The notes beneath the pieces were generated by a model. That model ran no database searches, was not told the origin of the DNA, and saw only the letters and a program-made list of their open reading frames with translations. The translations under genes and the position numbers were made by a program. Shown here one piece after another: positions 25,589 to 39,629 of a DNA stretch of 64,000 nt. The number at the start of each line of letters is the position of its first letter. Position 1 is the first letter of the stretch. Origin of the DNA: Octopus vulgaris. Lineage: Eukaryota. The stretch is taken from contig OX597817.1 of the NCBI GenBank assembly GCA_951406725.2, positions 1-64,000 on the forward strand. Direction: 5' to 3'.

Positions 25589-27389
25589 ATGAAGCAAGAA
25601 TGAAAAAAAAGAAAAGAAAAGGCTGCAATTCTTGGTGTGGTAAGAAGTCTGCTTCTCAACCACATGGTTCCCAGTTCACTCCCACTGCAAGTATTTTTTA
25701 CTATAGCCGACCAAAGCTTTGTGAGTGAATTTGGTAGATGGAAACTGAAAGAAACCTATCATATATATATATCTATATCAATGTGTGTGTGTCATTGTGT
25801 CTGTGTCTGTCCTGCAACACTGCTTCACAGCCAGTGTTGGTGTGTTTATGTCCCTATAACTTAGCAGTTCAGCAAAAGTGACACTTCTGTTTTTACAGAG
25901 ATCTATCTAGGAGATGGTTTCTTCCATGATTTACTTCTTTTATCTTTTATCTTTGACTCGTTTAAGTCGTTGAACTGTGACCATGCTGGGGCACCACCTT
26001 GAAAGGTTTTTAGTCGTACAAATCAACCTCAGTACTTATTTCTTTGAATTCTAGTATTTATTCTTTCTCTTTTGCCATAACTGCTATAAGGACATAAATG
26101 AACCAACACCAGTTGGCAAGCAGTGGACGTGCTCAAGCACAGTCACATACATACACATGCACACACACATATATTCCTTCTGCTATAGGCACAAAGCCTA
26201 AAATTTGGTGGGAAGAGGGTAAGTCAGTTACAGTAACCCCAGTACTTGACTCCAAAAAGATGAAGGGCAAAGACAACTGCAGCTGAATTTTGACTCAGAA
26301 CTTAAAGATGGATGAAATATTGTGAAGCATTTTATCCAACATGCTAATGGTTCTTTCAACTCAGCCCCTTCACAGACAGACACTCACACATACACACACA
26401 CACACACACGCACACATTCGCATGGTAGTCTTCACAGTTTCTGTTTACCAAATCCATTGGTTGACCTGGGGCTGTTGTAGAATTCACTTGTCCAAGGTAC
26501 CATGCTGTAGAACTGAACCTGGAAAGAAAGATTTTTCTGGAGAAGGAATTGGGGTCATTTTACCTACCAAAGGTTTCAGAATATTTAAACACCCCTCTCG
26601 TTACCCTAGGGTGGAAAAAAAAACAAAAAGCTTCATTGAAGCATTGTGTGTATTTTTGAATGATAACCATTTGTATTGTTATCGTTGATTCAGAGTGAAC
26701 TGAGAAGGAGCAGAGAAAGGTCACCATTGCAATGGTCTTCCTGGCTTCAATAATTTGAACAAACACAATCACCAATCATTTCCAAACAAGAAAACAAGAC
26801 TTTAAACAACACAAACATTGTCAAGATTAAACAAACAAAGTTTCAAATATAAACACGATTTAACTACAGGAAGCACAAAAAGAGTTGTGCTGAAAACATT
26901 AATTTAAAGGGAAAACCAATACAGACAACAACGATAGCAACAACTATGTTTTGTCTTTTGCAAACATTGTGAGTCATAAGGAGCTCCTCAATGCAAGCCA
27001 ACTTCAGGAAATGGAGAAAGTGCAGAGGAGGTACGCTGAGAAAGATACTAGCATTTTACCCAAGGTATTTATTCATGAAAGGGTGAGGGAGTACATAGCC
27101 TGCCTCTATGTTTTGAATAATAGGGGGAATTTGTGATTTTAAATGTGGCATTGAATGGTGCTTTGGCTGATGAGTGGAAGAAGTGTACTTCCTTAACCTG
27201 GACAGGGCATATGAAAGTTTGTATCTAGTCAATGAAGTTGAGGATAAGGTGAGAAGACAAGCTGAGCTGGCGCACCACACATTTCACCATAGGTAGTCAA
27301 GTTGGGCACCAGATCTGTTTTGTTAAGAAAGTAAGAAAATAGAGATATAGCAATTAATAAAAATTTATTATCAACAAAATCCAGCATAG

Positions 27390-27473
27390 TCTCTTACAGC
27401 TGTTTCAATTAAGCCTAAAGATTAAAACAGCAATTATTAAATCATTATAATAGGCAAAATCCCGTCAGAGGGA
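27390..27473 (-). ncRNA. Decayed hammerhead ribozyme
   Basis: tccct-CTGACGG-gattttgccta...taggcttaatt-GAAAC-agct-GTA-agaga; one core substitution; palindromic stem III ACAGCTGT. Confidence 0.6.
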
Positions 27474-27745
27474 TAGAAAAAAGATATACCATTAGATTAT
27501 TAGGTGTTGTATTTTGGAATAATCTCAGCAGACTCATAAATATTATTATTATTCACAACAAATATTAGGTAATGAACCAGTAATTCATTGGATATTACTA
27601 TCCTTTAATGAGGTTAATTTTACCTGTAATCAAATTTATAAACTTTGCAAAAACATGTTCTCAGGTTCAGTCGCACAGTCCAGCAGCTGGGACAGTTCCT
27701 TGTGAGTGAATTTGATTGAGTGAATCTGTGTGAAAGCCAATCATA

Positions 27746-27794
<49 letters not shown>

Positions 27795-27798
<4 letters not shown>

Positions 27799-28263
27799 TC
27801 ATCATCATTTAACGTCCGTTTTCCATGCTAGCATGGGTTGGACGGTTCAACTGGGGTCTGGGAAGCCAGGAGGCTGCGCCAGGCCCAGTCTGTTCTGGCA
27901 GTGTTTCTACAGCTGGATGCCCTTCCTAATGCCAACCACTCCGAGAGTGTAGTGGGTGCTTTTTATGTGCCACCTGCACAGGTGCCAGACGAGGCTGGCA
28001 AACGGCCACGATCGGATGGTGCTTTTTACGTGCCACCGGCACGGGGGCCAGACGCGGCTGGCAACGGCCACAATCGGATGGTGCTTTTTACGTGCCACCG
28101 GCACGGAGGCCAGTCGGGGCGGGGCTGGCAACGGCCACGTTCGGACGGTTCTCTTACGTGCCACCGGCACTGGTATCTCAGCTACAATTTCCATTGATGT
28201 TGAGAGATTTCAATTTCGATTTTGATTTTGATTTTGATTTTGATTTTCACTTGCCTCAACAGG
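27795..28263 (-). mobile_element. Short RTE 3'-end copy
   Basis: Reverse complement of about 22190-22650; similar copies near 8255-8560, 13520-13700, 40370-40630 and 45183-45540. Confidence 0.85.
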
Positions 28264-28591
28264 TTTAGTTCACTGGTGACCTAAACGAATAGAAATGCTG
28301 AATAAGTGCTATAATTAGTAAGCCGCTAGGTTTCAAATTCTCATCTGAGGCTGGAGATTGGGATCCATATTAGGTTTCTGAGTTAGCAGGTGTATATTAT
28401 ATTAGAGGAAAATGGACAACAAAAACCAAGGCAGGATACTTTGTCTCTGATAACAGAATACCCAGTGTATGCACATGCTAGCCTATCACTTGGGATATCC
28501 CAAAAACAGCTGTAGGACTTCAGCTTCATCTTACCCTAATGAAATATTCTAAGTGATTTGAGATACTTGTCCTACATTAGATTTTGTTGTC

Positions 28592-28650
<59 letters not shown>

Positions 28651-28651
28651 C

Positions 28652-29050
28652 AGAATGGTAAGAATCTTACTTCTCTACCACATGTTTCTGGGTTCAGTCC
28701 CACTGTGTAGCTCCTTGGGCAAGTGTCTTCTGCTATAGCCTCAGGCCAACCAAAGCCTTGTGAGTGGATTTGGTAGACGGAAACTGAAAGAAGCCCATTG
28801 TGTACATATATATGTATGTATGTATATATCTGTATTTGTGTGTTTGTGTCTGTGTTTGTTCCCCTATCACCACTTGACAACCTGTGTTGGTGTGTTTACA
28901 TCCCCGAAACTCTAATGGTTCAACAAAAGAGACCAATAGAACAAGTACTAGGCTTAAAAAAGTAAACTCTGGGATCAATTTGTTTGACTAAAACCCTTCG
29001 AGGTGGTGCTCCAGCATGGCTGCAGTCAAATGACAGAAACAAATAAAAGA
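28652..29050 (+). mobile_element. Family-1 SINE
   Basis: Similarity to 38632-39040. Confidence 0.8.
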
Positions 29051-29081
29051 ATATATGTGTGTGTGTCTGTGTGTGTGTGTC

Positions 29082-29116
<35 letters not shown>

Positions 29117-29742
29117 GCACACATACATACACATGTGTGTGTGTTTGTATGTAAATATCATTTGATATTTAATATTCTGGCATCTTGGTTGCAAATCTGG
29201 CTAAGAGGTTAAGGTTGTGGCTTATTATCATTCCGAGGGTAACCTACGCTTTTCTGTTAGCATAAAATGGGTATTTTGCTTCCTGATTTTTCCATAAACA
29301 AGCACACATATGTGTCTTTGTACTTTGACAACAACCTGAAATCATCAAACGCTTTATCAGTGATATAGATTTAACCTTTAATCGATCTGTAGCTTGTAGG
29401 ATGTTCCTGGCTTCCTGAATAGCAACTTAAAACATACAAACACAGCCACATATACATGCACAAGCGCACGCATACACATGCACACACACCTATACTGATA
29501 CAGACATAAGTGCTTACACACCTCAGTAGTGTCGTATGCATTAATGCATGCATAAATATATAAACATCAATATTGTATACACAAATGCAAGCATACTGAG
29601 AAACTTATAAGCACTGATAGATAAAAGTGTTTATAATGTTACAGAAACATTTTCTTACGTTATAAGTAAAAACTCAACACAAATAAACAAACCAAGATGT
29701 GCATATACATACATTTGTAGATATACATATATATATATATCC

Positions 29743-32700
29743 TTAAATCCTTAAAAATGTTTTAGCCCGAAGGCCGCGGCCATGCTGGGGCACCACCGCT
29801 GAATGAGCTACACTAATATGTGAATCCACCTCTGATACGTGGCACTTGATCAACAAGGGAGTTCGATGCTGCTGCCCGCATCTGCGTCTCCTGTCGTGAG
29901 GTAGGTTCATCTGGGACTCCCGACATGAAGAGATCCGGTTTAGTTTTAAAGAAACCCACACCCACACCATGTAAGTCTCTCAGGCATTTAGGGAGGATGT
30001 TAAAGAGCTGTGGTCCTCTGAAACCCAAGCTGTTGCAGTATCTGGAGCTGTATTTTGATGGTGATGTTGGAATCTTTGGCACCATACAGTGGCGCCCCGT
30101 TCTGCGGTTGGGGTAACTTTGAATGCCAAAGTTTGGGACAAGATCCTCCAGGATTTTCCAGATGTATATCACCGCATATCTCTCCCGCCTCCGCTCTAGG
30201 GAGAAGAGGTTTAATACTTTCAGTCTTTCCCAGTAGCTGATATTTTGCATTGAGACGATTTTCTTTGTGTAGCTTCTCTGAATTGCTTCGAGTTCTGCTG
30301 TTAGTTTTATATTGTGTGGTGACCATAGTTGGGAGCAGTAGTCCAAGCGGCTGAGGACGAATGTTTTCCATAGGACCATCAGTGTCTCCTTCTCTCTTGT
30401 TCTGAAAGTTCGGAGAGTCCATCCAGCTAGCCGTCTGCATTTTATCGCCAGATTAGTAATATGCACTTGGAAAGATGCATCATTGCTCATGTCAATGCCC
30501 AGGTCACGCACTGATTTTGACTCAGAGATTGCAATTCTTCCTGGGCGAGTGTATCCAGTCTGCACATCATTTACCTTTGTGTGCCGGTAGCGCAGGGCCT
30601 GGAACTTACCTGCATTAAACTGCATGTTGTTGTCCTCAGCCCACCTGTATATTGTGTCCAACTCCTGTTGCAGATGCGCAATATTTTCAGGATTTTGTAT
30701 TGTGTGGGAGACCTTTGTGTCATCTGCATAGCTAGCAAGGGTGGTCATCGTAGCAACTGAAGGCATGTCTGAAAGGGCCTCTATGAACATCAGTGGCCCC
30801 AAGACAGTGCCCTGTGGGACACCGCTTGTTATTTGTGTTTCCTTGGAGGTGGCTCCATTGCTCACAACTGCCTGTTTTCTGTCTTTTAGGAAGTTGTGCA
30901 GCCACTCTCCAAGTTTTCCGCCTATGCCGAGACCACGCAGTTTGTGACAGATCATACCATGGTCGACTTTATCAAAGGCTTTTGCAAAGTCAAGATATAT
31001 TACATCCACATTTGAGCCATTTAGTAGCTGTTTCAACACCCAGTCATAGTGTTGCAGGAGCTGTGTTAGGCAGCTTCTACCTGGTCGAAATCCATGCTGG
31101 GTGTCAGACAGCAAGTCATTTTCTTCAAGGAACATGATTAGTTTCTTACGGACTATTCGTTCCATGACTTTGCTGATGTGTGAGGTCAGAGAGATAGGTC
31201 TATCATTTTTAGCATCTGCTCTGCTACCTCCCTTATAGATAGGGCATATTACACCCTCTTTCAATTTGACTGGGAGCTTACCACTTGCAAGAAAGCTCTG
31301 AAAAGGGAGCTGTAGCGGTTTTGCAAGGGCTCATTTGCACGATTTGAGAATGATCGCTGGGAATCCATCAGGTCCAGCAGCTGAGTTTGTGTCAATTTCA
31401 TCTATGGCTAGTGTGATATCATCATCTTCGATGTTGATGTACTCAATTTTTTCCTCTTTGGCCGCAGGTAAAGTGGCAAAGAATTCTTCTGGGTTGTTTA
31501 CTTGCCTGTGTCCTAGAGGTGTAGTGAACACCCTTTGGAATTGTTCGTTCAGTATTTCACTTATACTCGTGGGGTTTCCTGTGAGAGAGCCATCTTTTTG
31601 GAAGAGAGGTCCTATTCTCTGGTGCACTGTGGCTGTCTCTTTGGCAAACTTAAAGAAAGCTTTAGGGTTTGATTTTATATTTTCTATTACCCAAGCTTCT
31701 TTATCTGCTCTCTCCTTTTCATGGGACTGATGCAGACTTTTCTCAATTTCCATAAGCATTCTCTCGAGCCGAGACTTCTCACCACTTTTGGTGTGCTTGC
31801 TCAGGCGGTTCGCAATCCTTGTCCGTCGGCTCATAAGAATCTTCCTTTCTCTAGGGATCCTGTTTTTGTTTTTGTGTGTGCTGGCCCTGCACACTGGGAC
31901 ATATTTGTCACATATGGCTTGTATTATGGACATGAAGTGTTTGAGTTTCATGTTAATGTCCGGTGTGGAGAGACATTTAGGCCAATCCTGTTTGAGGATC
32001 TCTTTCTCAATCAACTTCCAGTTTGCTTTATGAAAGTTTAAGTTGGAGAGATGGTGGATGCTTCGTATAGGCTGTGTGTCTACGGGGGCTTTTGTTCCAT
32101 ACATGGACAGCTCTATTATGTTGTGATCCGAGATCATTGTCAGCATCATATTAACATTATGGATAATATCCATATTGTTTGTGAAGCAGAGATCCAGCAT
32201 ATTATCTGCCCTTGTTGGTTGCAGAACTATTTGCTGCATGAAAGAGGCATCTGTGAGATGGAGTAGGGACTCTGCCTGTGCCTGCTGATGGTGTGTCATC
32301 CATGAGAGCATCTGCCCCCCAGGCCATTCCACATTGGGGAAGTTAAAGTCACCCATGAAGAATACACTGTTGTGTTGTTCAAGGTTGGTGAGGACTTCTC
32401 CTATTTTTGTTAGGCAGTCTTCAAACATGCCTGAGTGATTTGGGGCGATATGTAGTGCATATGACGATATTCAGTTGTCTTATGTGTACAATTTGAGTTT
32501 CACACACTGAGTTTGAATATGACAACAGGACCTGGGGCATGAGGTCATCTCGAATGTACATTGCAATTCCACCATGGCTCCTCCCTTTTCTATCTGTGCA
32601 TATGACTGCATATTGCGGCATGTGTATTTCTGCATCACCTATATCGGGTTCAAGATGCGTTTCTGTGAGTGCCATGCATATAGCTTGATTGCATGTCACA

Positions 32701-33815
32701 AGGTCTCTCAGGAATGAGATTTTCCTTTTACAGTTTCCGTGCAGCAGCCCTCCTACGTTCAGTAGAAATATTTTTGTGGTGTGTGTGTTGGTGTTGGTGT
32801 CTGTGGTGCCCATCCTGCATCTGTTGGTGGTGGCCTTATGTAGTGGTAGTTCCAGCTTTGTGCTTGTAGCCAGGTCAGCTGCTGAACAATTTTTTGTGCC
32901 ATGCACAAAAAAAGATTGCTGTTCAGCTGCTGCCCTTCTCACATCTGGGTGAAGCTGGCCATTTGTTGGGTTACCACGCACCACATCCGCATATCGTCTT
33001 TCAGGAGTGGTCAGTGCGCTTTTTTCCTTCTTTTATATTTTTCTTTTTCTTTTTGTTCTCCTTTTTGTTCTCCCCAAGGGAGGGACCCCTGTCTCGCGTC
33101 CGTGCGGTTTTGGTAGGGCCTCTGATGTGCAAAGCGACAGTTCACACCTTCGACGCCGTACTAGCAGTCCCCCTTCAGGTAGAATTTGCAGATTTTTTTT
33201 CTTTGCCCTTATAGTTCTTGCTGGGGACCTTTTGTTTTCTCTGGACAGGGTTTGTTTTAGCTTTGATTTTCTTGCCTTTTACCTCCTGTTTCCCATCAAT
33301 TTTAGGGTGCTTTTCTTTTCTTGTGGCCATCGCACCTCTTTGGTCTTCAGTTGTGGTGTTGGGAGCTGGAAATGTGTCATTGTTTCCCTGTGTTCTAGGT
33401 TTCTCGGTTTTGTCTTTTGTTGGGTCCTTGATGTTTTCTTCATCCTTTTGGCCTTCCCTGGTGCCGTCACCTCCTAGGATGATGTCCAGAGCATCTACAT
33501 GTTGCCTGATTAGAGCGTATGAACGGATAAATTCTCGTTTCTTTCGCTCTATCTGGGCGGTGGTTCTTGAAAAATCATTGTTCTTCGGCGCCGCTGCAAT
33601 GATATTGTTCGGCGAGTCGTCATCAGCAATCTTCCAAGCGCGGACAAACAATTGCAACTCCCTCGCAGACCAGTTTCTTGACATTTTCGCCCGAGATACA
33701 GTGAGAGTGAAATATAGGAACAGAGAGAGAAGGAAATATAAGATGGTTGACCGGAGAGGGAGAGGAGAAAGGAGAAAAGCCAGGGGGTAGAAAGAGAGAT
33801 GAGAGGATTGTCCCA
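29743..33815 (-). mobile_element. Near full-length CR1/L2-group LINE (copy A), frameshifted
   Basis: ATG at 33684 (MSRNWSARELQLF); CCCH finger near 33125-33195; APE motifs (LLNVGGL, LTETHL, MGDFNFP, LDLCFT, ISDHN); RT motifs ([35 protein letters not shown]) in ORFs 33175-33684, 32421-32984, 31331-32428, 29813-31264; (TTTAAGGA)-like tail; TA repeats on both sides. Confidence 0.93.
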
Positions 33816-33852
33816 TACATATATATATGTATTTATATATATATGTATGTAT

Positions 33853-33886
<34 letters not shown>

Positions 33887-33900
33887 GTACATACATATAT

Positions 33901-36900
33901 TTTTTTATTTTATTTTATCTAGTTTCAGCTCACGAGCTGTGGCCATGCTGGAGCACCGCCATTTGGTGTTGCTACATGATTTTACTTCACGAATACTTTT
34001 TAGCAACTGCCATTTGGTGCATGAGAGGGTTCGATGCAGCTGCCCTCATCAGCACCTCCTGCCGTGAAGTTGGTTCATCTGGGATACCTGACAAGAAGAG
34101 ATCCAGTTTCATTTTAAAGACATCTGAATCCACCCCATGCAGGTCTCTTAGGTTCTTCGGGAGGACATTGAAGAGCTGTGGGCCTCGGAAGCCCAGGCTA
34201 TTACAGTATCTTGTCCTACATCTTGATGGCAAATTTGGAGTTCTTGGCACCACGTAGTGGCGCCCAGTTCTAGCATTTGTGTAACTCTCGATGCCAAAGT
34301 TTGGGACAAGTCCTTCCACGATCTTCCAGATGTATATTATGGCATATCTTTCTCGCCTACGCTCCAAGGAATAGAGTTTTAATCTCTTGAGTCTTCCCCA
34401 GTAGCTTATATGCTGCACAGAGGCTATCTTCTTCGTGTAGCTACGTTGGATCGCCTCAAGTTCTGTGATCAACTTGACACTGGATGGTGACCATAGCTGA
34501 GAGCAATAGTCAAAGTGGCTTAGGACAAGTGTCTTCCAGAGGACCATCATGGTTTCTTGTTCTCTTGTTCTAAAGGTTCTAAGAATCCATCCGGCCAGTC
34601 GTCTACATTTCATTGCCAATTTATCAACATGTACATGAAAGGTTGCGTCATCACTCATGTAAATACCCAGGTCACGCACTGATTGTGCCTCTGGGATTGC
34701 AATCCCTCCGGGTCCAGTGTATTCATTGGGTATTGCATTTAGTTTCTCATGCTGATAGCATAAAGCTTGAAGCTTTTCAGCATTCAACTGCATGCTATTC
34801 TTTTCAGCCCACTTGTATATTTTGTCCAGCTCACATTGCAGGTGCTTAGTGTCTTCAGGGTTCTGTATTGCCTGTGAAACTTTTGTATCATCTGCATAAC
34901 TTGTGATCGTGGCTCTCTGCGTGGCTGAGGGCATGTCTGAGAGGGCCATTATGAACAGTAGTGGTCCCAAAACAGTGCCCTGCGGAACACCACTCACTAT
35001 TTGCGTGTTAATAGAAGTGGCCCCATTGGCTACTACCACCTGACTTCTATCCTTCAGAGAGTCATGAAGCCATTCTCCCAGTTTTCCAACTATGCTAAGA
35101 TCACACAGTTTGTGACATATCATTCCATGATCGACTTTATCAAAGGCCTTTGCAAAGTCGAGATATATCACTTCCACATTTGAGTGGTTGAGCAGTCGTT
35201 TCAGCTCCCAGTCATAGTGTTGTAGGAGCTGAGTTAAGCAGCTTCTTCCTGGTCGGAAACCATGTTGGGTGTCAGGCAGCAAGTCATTTTCTTCAAGGAA
35301 GGTGATCAGTTTCCTTCTGACTATTCGTTCCATGACCTTGCTGATGTGTGAGGTCAGAGAGATAGGTCTGTAGTTCTTGGCCTCCGCTCTGCTACCTCCT
35401 TTATGAATAGGGCATATTTTACCTTCCTTCAGTTTTCTTGGAAGTTTGCCAGTTGCAAGGAAGCTCTGAAAGAGGAACTGCAGCGGTCTTGCTAGGACTC
35501 TGTTACATACTTTTAGGAGGATTGCCGGGAATCCATCGGGGCCAGTAGCTGAGTCTGTTTTCATTTCATCTATAACCTTTATTACATCGTCTTCCTTTAT
35601 ATCGATGTAATTTATCGTCGCCGCCTCTGATTTTATATCTGCAGTGGTAAAGAAGTCAGTTGGATTGGTGATTTGGAAATGCCCAAAGGGTGGAGTGAAA
35701 ACACTCTTGAATTGCTCCTTCAGTATTTCACTTACCCTCATTGGATTTCCTGTGAGTGTGCCATCCTTTTCAAGGAGTGGCCCTATCCTACAGTGCACCG
35801 TAGCTGTTTCTTTGGCATACCTGTAGAAAGCTCTGGGGTTAGATTTTATGTTGTCTATAGCCCAGGCTTCTTTGTCTGATCTTTCCTTTTCATGGGAGAG
35901 TTGCAGACATTTTTCAATTTCCAACAGTTTTATTTTCAGGCGGGACTTTTCACTGCTTTCAATTTGTTTGTTTAGGCGATTTGAAATTTTTGTACGCCGT
36001 CTCATTAAAATTTTCCTCTCTCTGGGGATTTTGTTCTTGTGTACAGTGGCTTTTCTCTCTGGGACACATTTGTAGCATATGGCTTGCATTGCAGACATGA
36101 ATTGTTGAAGCTTCACGTCGATGTCTGGCAAGGAGAGATATTCAGGCCAGTTTTGTTTGAGGATCTCTTTCTCAATTTGTTTCCAGTTTGCCTTATGGAA
36201 GTTCAAGCTGGAAAGATTCTCAGAGTTTCTTGTAGGCTGCATGTCCATGCTTTCCTTTGGCCCGTACATGGTCAGCTCTACCATGTTGTGATCCGAGAGT
36301 AGTGTCGGTGTCACTTTCACATTATGGATGAGATCCATATTATTTGTGAAGCAGAGATCCAGTGTGTCACCTGCCCTGGTTGGTTGGAGTATTACTTGTT
36401 CCATATACAGGGTGTTGATGAGGTTCAGGAGGGACCTCGCCTGTCCTCGTTCACATCGTGTCATTCCTGGGAGAGAAAGGCCCTCGGACCATCTGACATT
36501 GGGTAGATTGAAGTCTCCCATAAGAAGTACACTTATGTGTTGTTCTAATGTGACTAGAACTTCTATTTTTATAAGGCAGTCTTCAAACTTGCCTACATGG
36601 CTTGGGGCATCTGGAGGGCGATATATAGCACACACAACTACACCAAGTTGCCTTATATGTACAATTAGTGTGTCACACACCGAGTTTGAGTATGACAAAA
36701 GGACCTGGGGTGTAAGGTCCTCACGGGTGTACATAGCAACTCATCCATGACTCCTTTCTTTTCTGTGGTATGTGTAATTCCGCATCTGCTATGTCCGGTT
36801 TCAGGTGTGTTTCCGTAAGTGCTATGCATAAGGCTTGATTGCATGCAACAAAGTCTCTCAAGAACGGGATTTTTGTCCTGTTACTGAGTGTTAGCAGTCC

Positions 36901-36985
36901 TCTGATGTTCAGTAGGAGCATCGAGGTGAGGTGTATGCTGTTGCCGGCGGTGTCCACCTTGGGTCTATTTGCTGTGGTGGTCTTG
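33901..36985 (-). mobile_element. CR1/L2-group LINE (copy B), 5'-truncated just upstream of APE
   Basis: Related to but distinct from copy A; (ATAAA)n tail; TA repeats on both sides. Confidence 0.93.
33987..36734 (-). CDS. LINE APE endonuclease-reverse transcriptase, 915-aa open frame (APE N-terminus frameshifted into 36721-36985)
   Basis: [61 protein letters not shown]. Confidence 0.9.
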   Translation of the reverse strand: MYTREDLTPQVLLSYSNSVCDTLIVHIRQLGVVVCAIYRPPDAPSHVGKFEDCLIKIEVLVTLEQHISVLLMGDFNLPNVRWSEGLSLPGMTRCERGQARSLLNLINTLYMEQVILQPTRAGDTLDLCFTNNMDLIHNVKVTPTLLSDHNMVELTMYGPKESMDMQPTRNSENLSSLNFHKANWKQIEKEILKQNWPEYLSLPDIDVKLQQFMSAMQAICYKCVPERKATVHKNKIPRERKILMRRRTKISNRLNKQIESSEKSRLKIKLLEIEKCLQLSHEKERSDKEAWAIDNIKSNPRAFYRYAKETATVHCRIGPLLEKDGTLTGNPMRVSEILKEQFKSVFTPPFGHFQITNPTDFFTTADIKSEAATINYIDIKEDDVIKVIDEMKTDSATGPDGFPAILLKVCNRVLARPLQFLFQSFLATGKLPRKLKEGKICPIHKGGSRAEAKNYRPISLTSHISKVMERIVRRKLITFLEENDLLPDTQHGFRPGRSCLTQLLQHYDWELKRLLNHSNVEVIYLDFAKAFDKVDHGMICHKLCDLSIVGKLGEWLHDSLKDRSQVVVANGATSINTQIVSGVPQGTVLGPLLFIMALSDMPSATQRATITSYADDTKVSQAIQNPEDTKHLQCELDKIYKWAEKNSMQLNAEKLQALCYQHEKLNAIPNEYTGPGGIAIPEAQSVRDLGIYMSDDATFHVHVDKLAMKCRRLAGWILRTFRTREQETMMVLWKTLVLSHFDYCSQLWSPSSVKLITELEAIQRSYTKKIASVQHISYWGRLKRLKLYSLERRRERYAIIYIWKIVEGLVPNFGIESYTNARTGRHYVVPRTPNLPSRCRTRYCNSLGFRGPQLFNVLPKNLRDLHGVDSDVFKMKLDLFLSGIPDEPTSRQEVLMRAAASNPLMHQMAVAKKYS

Positions 36986-36987
36986 TA

Positions 36988-37051
<64 letters not shown>

Positions 37052-37201
37052 TACACATATATACTTATATATATGTATATATATATATGCATTTTGGTAT
37101 ATATGCATGTATTAATTTAGATACCTGGGTACATAAAAAATGTATGTGTGTTTGTGTGTATATATATAAATGCATGTATACATAAAACCTTTTCACCTAA
37201 C

Positions 37202-37243
37202 TATTCTTGATAAGTCAAACTATGACAAAAACCGGTTTGAATA
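37202..37243 (+). ncRNA. Decayed minimal hammerhead
   Basis: tattc-TTGATAA-gtca aacta tgac-AAAAAC-cg-GTTT-gaata; all three stems present, core mutated. Confidence 0.5.
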
Positions 37244-37469
37244 AATATATATTTCTATATTTTTTCATTTTCTCAATTCATTAAAATTTTCTTTCAATCG
37301 AGCATTCTGCATTTTTACAATTTTTCATTGCTATATATACATATATATATATATATACATATACATATACATATGTATATATATATGTATATATATACAT
37401 ATACATATGTATATGTGTGTGTATATATATATATACATATAATATACATATGTGTGTGTATATATATAT

Positions 37470-38075
37470 AACTTAGAATAACTTAGAAAGGTTTTTGGCC
37501 AGTATTGGCCCAGGCCATGTCTAACTTAATAGCACCACCTGGCGAAGTCTTTCAGTTCAGGATTTGGGCACCAAGGCCCATTCGAGCAGAGAGTTATTGT
37601 TTGCGGAGACATATCCGGGTGTGGGTGGTTTGTCCGGTACTGTTTGAAGGAATTTGTCCAAAGACTTCTTGAATTTTGTGTGGTCAGTTTCTTTTTTGAC
37701 GTGTCCTGGTGTAATGTTGAAGAGAGTGGGTCCAATTGAGGTGAAATAGTTGTGCCGTATTGTCGTTATGTGATGCGATTTAGATTTTTGTTGTGGACGG
37801 ATGGCACGTGGTCCAAGCCTTGGATGCATTTTGAAGGTGATGCCAACATCATTCGGACAGTGCTGATGGAATATTTTCCACATCATACAGATAATGTAGC
37901 GTTCACGGCGTCGTTGGAGTGAATACAATTTCAGCTTCTCTAATCTACCCCAGTAGTCAAGGTCTGACATGCCATCTATCTTTTTTGTGATTGACCTTTG
38001 GGGAGCTTCAATTCTCATGATATTTTGTTTTGTGTAGGGAGACCACAGTGGACAGCAGTATTCAGTGGACAGCAG
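37470..38075 (-). mobile_element. CR1/L2-group LINE 3' fragment (copy C)
   Basis: EYCCPLWSP...DYWGRLEKLKLYSLQRRRERY; (TTCTAAGTTA) tail; flanked by TA repeats. Confidence 0.9.
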
Positions 38076-38098
38076 TATATATATATATATATGTATAT

Positions 38099-38146
<48 letters not shown>

Positions 38147-38631
38147 GCATGCATACAAATATACATGCATACATATGTATTATATATTCCAATACACATG
38201 CGCATACATCTAGACACTAACACATGCATGAACACACCTGCATTCACATGTACACACTAACATGCACATACATATATACACTAACGCACACATGTTCATG
38301 AAGCAACATATGTACACATAAACACAGATACAAATGCACAAAGCAACACACAGACACGCATGCACATACTCACACACACATTACAGATGAACTTATGTAC
38401 ACGTGTTACAAGCAGCTTATAGTTACATGCACATATGAATGCACACACACACACACACATACACACACAGACATGTAACCAACACATACATACATGCAAA
38501 GACTCAGCAATTTATTTGGTGTTGGGGCAATGAAAATGCTTTGAACATCCTCCGGAAAAGTTTCATCACCAGAACAAATGAGTAAAGAAATAGTTTTGGA
38601 CTGATTCGAAACATTATATGCTCATTTTATA

Positions 38632-39040
38632 GGCGCAGGAGTGGCTGTGTGGTAAGTAGCTTGCTAACCAACCACATGGTTCTGGGTTCAATCCCACTGC
38701 GTGGCATCTTGGGCAAGTGTCTTCTGCTATAGCCCCGGGCCGACCAATGCCTTGTGAGTGGATTTGGTAGATGGAAACTGAAAGAAGCCTGTCGTATATA
38801 TGTATATATATATATATGCGTGTGTGTGTTTGTGTGTCTGTGTTTGTCCCCCTAGCATTGCTTGACAACCGATGCTGGTATGTGTTTACGTCCCCGTCAC
38901 TTAGCGGTTCGGCAAAAGGGACCGATAGAATAAGTACTGGGCTTACAAAGAATAAGTCCCGGGGTCGATTTGCTCAACTAAAGGCGGTGCTCCAGCATGG
39001 CCGCAGTCAAATGACTGAAACAAGTAAAAGAGTAAAAGAG
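38632..39040 (+). mobile_element. Full-length family-1 tRNA-derived SINE
   Basis: Head ggcgcaggagtggctgtgtggtaag...gggttcaatccc (A/B boxes), internal TA/TG tract, LINE-like 3' end ggcggtgctccagcatggccgcagtcaaatgactgaaac, (TAAAAGAG) tail. Confidence 0.9.
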
Positions 39041-39087
39041 TATTATTTTTCCATTACTGGAATTTATCTGGTTTGATTGATGTACAA

Positions 39088-39139
<52 letters not shown>

Positions 39140-39592
39140 GATAATAATAATAATAATAATAATAACATTAATAATAATAATAGTAATAATAATAATAATA
39201 ATAATAATGATGATGATGATGATGATGATGACGATGATGATTATAAGAAGTAGTGGGGCAGCATCATAGCCATGTGTAGAGAGGAATTCCTTGATGTTTG
39301 GGTAATTCACCTTTCATTCAATGTCCTTAAACAACCCTTATTCAGGGACCTTTTGAGCAGAATGGGCTACTTGACATGAAGGAAATTCTAACTGGGCCCC
39401 ACCTGCAAGGCCATGTGCTGTTTATCTTGATATGAGATCACCATGTCACGCACATATGGTTGTGATGCATGTGCCTTGTGTACCCTTATCAGACGGGTGG
39501 TCATGATGGGTATACTGGGCTTTGTATATTTTAGCCCAGTGTCACTTTGATGGCAAGCACTGCTCTCTCACTCAGTATTATTATTATCATTA

Positions 39593-39629
<37 letters not shown>

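Noticed and set aside
26520-27310. Complex-sequence block with short ORFs
   Set aside because: Could be a decayed transposon or exon, but I cannot recognise any motif.
38632-38705. tRNA-like sequences at SINE heads
   Set aside because: A/B boxes are present but there is no complete cloverleaf; they are parts of SINEs, not tRNA genes.
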